Position numbers and translations under genes: made by a program. A model generated the notes under the pieces. It saw only the letters and a program-made list of their open reading frames with translations, ran no database searches and had not been told where the DNA came from. A stretch of DNA of 62,254 nucleotides, the filler included, from Globobulimina sp. (taxonomy: Eukaryota), in the NCBI GenBank assembly GCA_003354225.1. It is 18 parts of 18 records of this genome, joined end to end, with 100 filler letters (N's around TTAATTAATTAA, not from the genome) between each part and the next. Parts side by side here need not be neighbours in the genome. Positions count along the whole stretch, not along the records: positions 58,895 to 62,254 come from PIVH01002981.1; 17 more parts are not named here. One strand, 5' to 3'. This document shows, piece by piece, positions 60,194 through 62,254 of the stretch (its first letter is position 1; the number at the start of each line of letters is the position of its first letter).

Positions 60194-61980
60194 ATGATGT
60201 CAACCTGTCTTCGAGTTCAATCAGACATTAAATTTTCATCATTCCTCCATAACAATTACAGTTCATTGCTAAATGATACCACTATATCAGACGTTCAATT
60301 TGAAATAATAACTGGTACGCGAGAAGATGAAGAGAGTCATATTTATTATGGTTGTCGCGCATTATTTGCTATCCACAGTGACGTATTTCGTAATATGTTG
60401 TATGGCTCGATGATGGAGGCGGATTGTACAAATGTTGTACGATTAAACGACATCTCGTGTCAAACCTTTGAATTTATTCAACAATGTTTTTATGGATTAA
60501 ATCCCATATTGAATGCAAGTAATGTTGTACCGATATTATGTGCGTCTGATAAATATTTAATTAAACCGCTCAAACATTTATGCATTCATTTTATATTAAA
60601 CTTAGCCACGAAAAATGATGCACATAATACGTTACATAATACCGCTGAATTGACAAACATTGAAAACGAGTCTGCTATTTCCATCTTTCTATCTTCCTTA
60701 AATTTATTATATTATTCACAACAACTTGATGTGATAAATAGTATAATTTCATCCATTTCTAAATCGCATAGCCATTCTACAAAAATATGGAATACCATTA
60801 TTTATGATAAAAACTGGCTAATTTTGCATCATTCTTTGATTAAACTAATTTTATTGCATTTGATTAAATTGAATAACACCTTAAAAAATAAGAATGAAGG
60901 CATTCAAATCCCGTCCTCGAAATTATGGCTACAATGTAAAAAATGGTGCATTTTTCAGACCAATTTAATCAACAACAACTCGGAAAGTATAATAAATGTA
61001 CAGCAAGTTTGTAATTTCCAAGCAAAAGTTTTTCAGTCAAAGCTCAGATCATGTCATCCAAAGCTTAAATGTTGACTCTCTTGCTTGCAAATTACACACT
61101 TTTTGAATTGTGTGCATAAAAAAAGGAAAAGAAAGAAAACAATGACATCGATGAAACTAAGGATGATGAAAAAACCAGCAATGAATCAGAGGATAACAAA
61201 AATAATCTGAATAACTTGAATAATAAAATGAAATGGTATAATTTAATGAAAAAATATTTTAAAACGGATAATGTAATAACAAGCATTTTATATGAAGTAA
61301 ATCCATATTTTTTTATGAAAAATAAATCGGAAATAAACAAAATATTAAATATAATGGAATTAAATAAGATTTATGAACATTTTCTATATAAAAAAACCAA
61401 ACAAAATAGCAATGAATCCTCATTAAATGTGAGTGGTATGGACGATGCGAATGAATTGAAATTGTGCAGTGACAATGTCTTATATTTATATGATGATTTT
61501 CGCAGAATAACGAGGTCGAATTATGGAGACACAGAATTTATTCGTTGTGCGTCAGATACCGGTTGGAATAGTAATATTCATCAATTTACAGTGAAATGTT
61601 ATATCACAGGGAATCAAGCGTCCATTGGCATTGTAACTAATCCAAAATCTTTTATCGATCCACAGTCGGCCTTTCCATTCGATATCAATGAGGTCGGTAT
61701 TTCATACTATTGGTACGGCTCAAATGTATATGGATATCGATATGGACAACAACAGTTTAATAATAACATTGGCTATGAATGGCAAAATGGTGACATTATA
61801 TCCATTATTATTAATTGTAACAAGTGGACCATACAATTTATGAAAAATTATGAAAAAATTGGCAAAATTATCAAAATTATACCGGATCAGTATTATTATG
61901 TGGCTTTGTGCGATGGAATATATTCGGAAGAGATCTATTATGAAGGTTTAATTGATTATAAAGTGCTTGTTTGCCAATAA
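60194..61980 (+). CDS. BTB/POZ + SPRY-like protein, intron ~61008-61125
   Basis: LLNDTTISDVQFEI..RALFAIHSDVFRNMLYGSMME..ASDKYLIKPLKHLC; SPRY-like WQNGDIISIIINCNKWTIQFMKN..YYVAL. Confidence 0.85.
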
Positions 61981-62254
61981 CGTTTTTTTGTTTCTTACTG
62001 TTAATGGCGGCATCTTAAAGTATATTTGCTTGTATTTAGATCTAAATATACGTTAATTACATTACAACCAAATATACTTTATCTGCAGCAACAAGCATGC
62101 CACTAATCACATCTGTATCTAATTTACCATCATAGTCAACATACAAAGTTGTTAATTTATTATATTTTCCTATGTTACGTTGATATATTTTATATATTTC
62201 ATTGTTATTATTGTTTGCCAACAATAAACTGAATTTCTTTCCAGAATCTATTTT

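Noticed and set aside
1-62254. Cross-contig gene clusters, e.g. sulfotransferase + sulfatase + GH48 as a polysaccharide locus
   Set aside because: The genes lie on separate contigs, so adjacency in the window has no biological meaning.

Overview
This window is not one locus. It is 18 separate contigs of 3360-3368 bp, sorted by length and joined by 100-nt artificial spacers (44 N + TTAATTAATTAA + 44 N). Most contigs are AT-rich, gene-dense eukaryotic DNA with short GT-AG introns and the standard code. The gene repertoire (PT/PS-repeat surface proteins, divergent G-alpha, 7TM-RGS-like, BTB/SPRY, a recurrent xxGWxR...IPxDI motif) suggests a rhizarian, probably foraminiferan, source (inference). 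Contig 1 (CR1/L2-like LINE) and contig 11 (satellites) may come from another organism. Main observation: many contigs behave as circles or tandem units. Contig 4 has an exact 119-bp terminal repeat. In contigs 3, 5, 7, 9 and 18 (more weakly 10 and 15) a gene, intron or palindrome runs from the contig's last base into its first base. This could be gene-bearing extrachromosomal circles, tandem amplicons or a library/assembly artefact. Other highlights: a tyrosinase-arylsulfatase fusion, an intron-containing GH48 cellulase, bacterial-type uridine kinase, YjjX and hemerythrin genes, a Tudor-like + ADP-ribosyltransferase-like protein, degenerate G-alpha and PP2A paralogues sharing a grafted micro-domain, a tRNA-Arg-derived SINE-like repeat and three intact tRNA genes. 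All family calls come from motif recognition only; no database searches were run.
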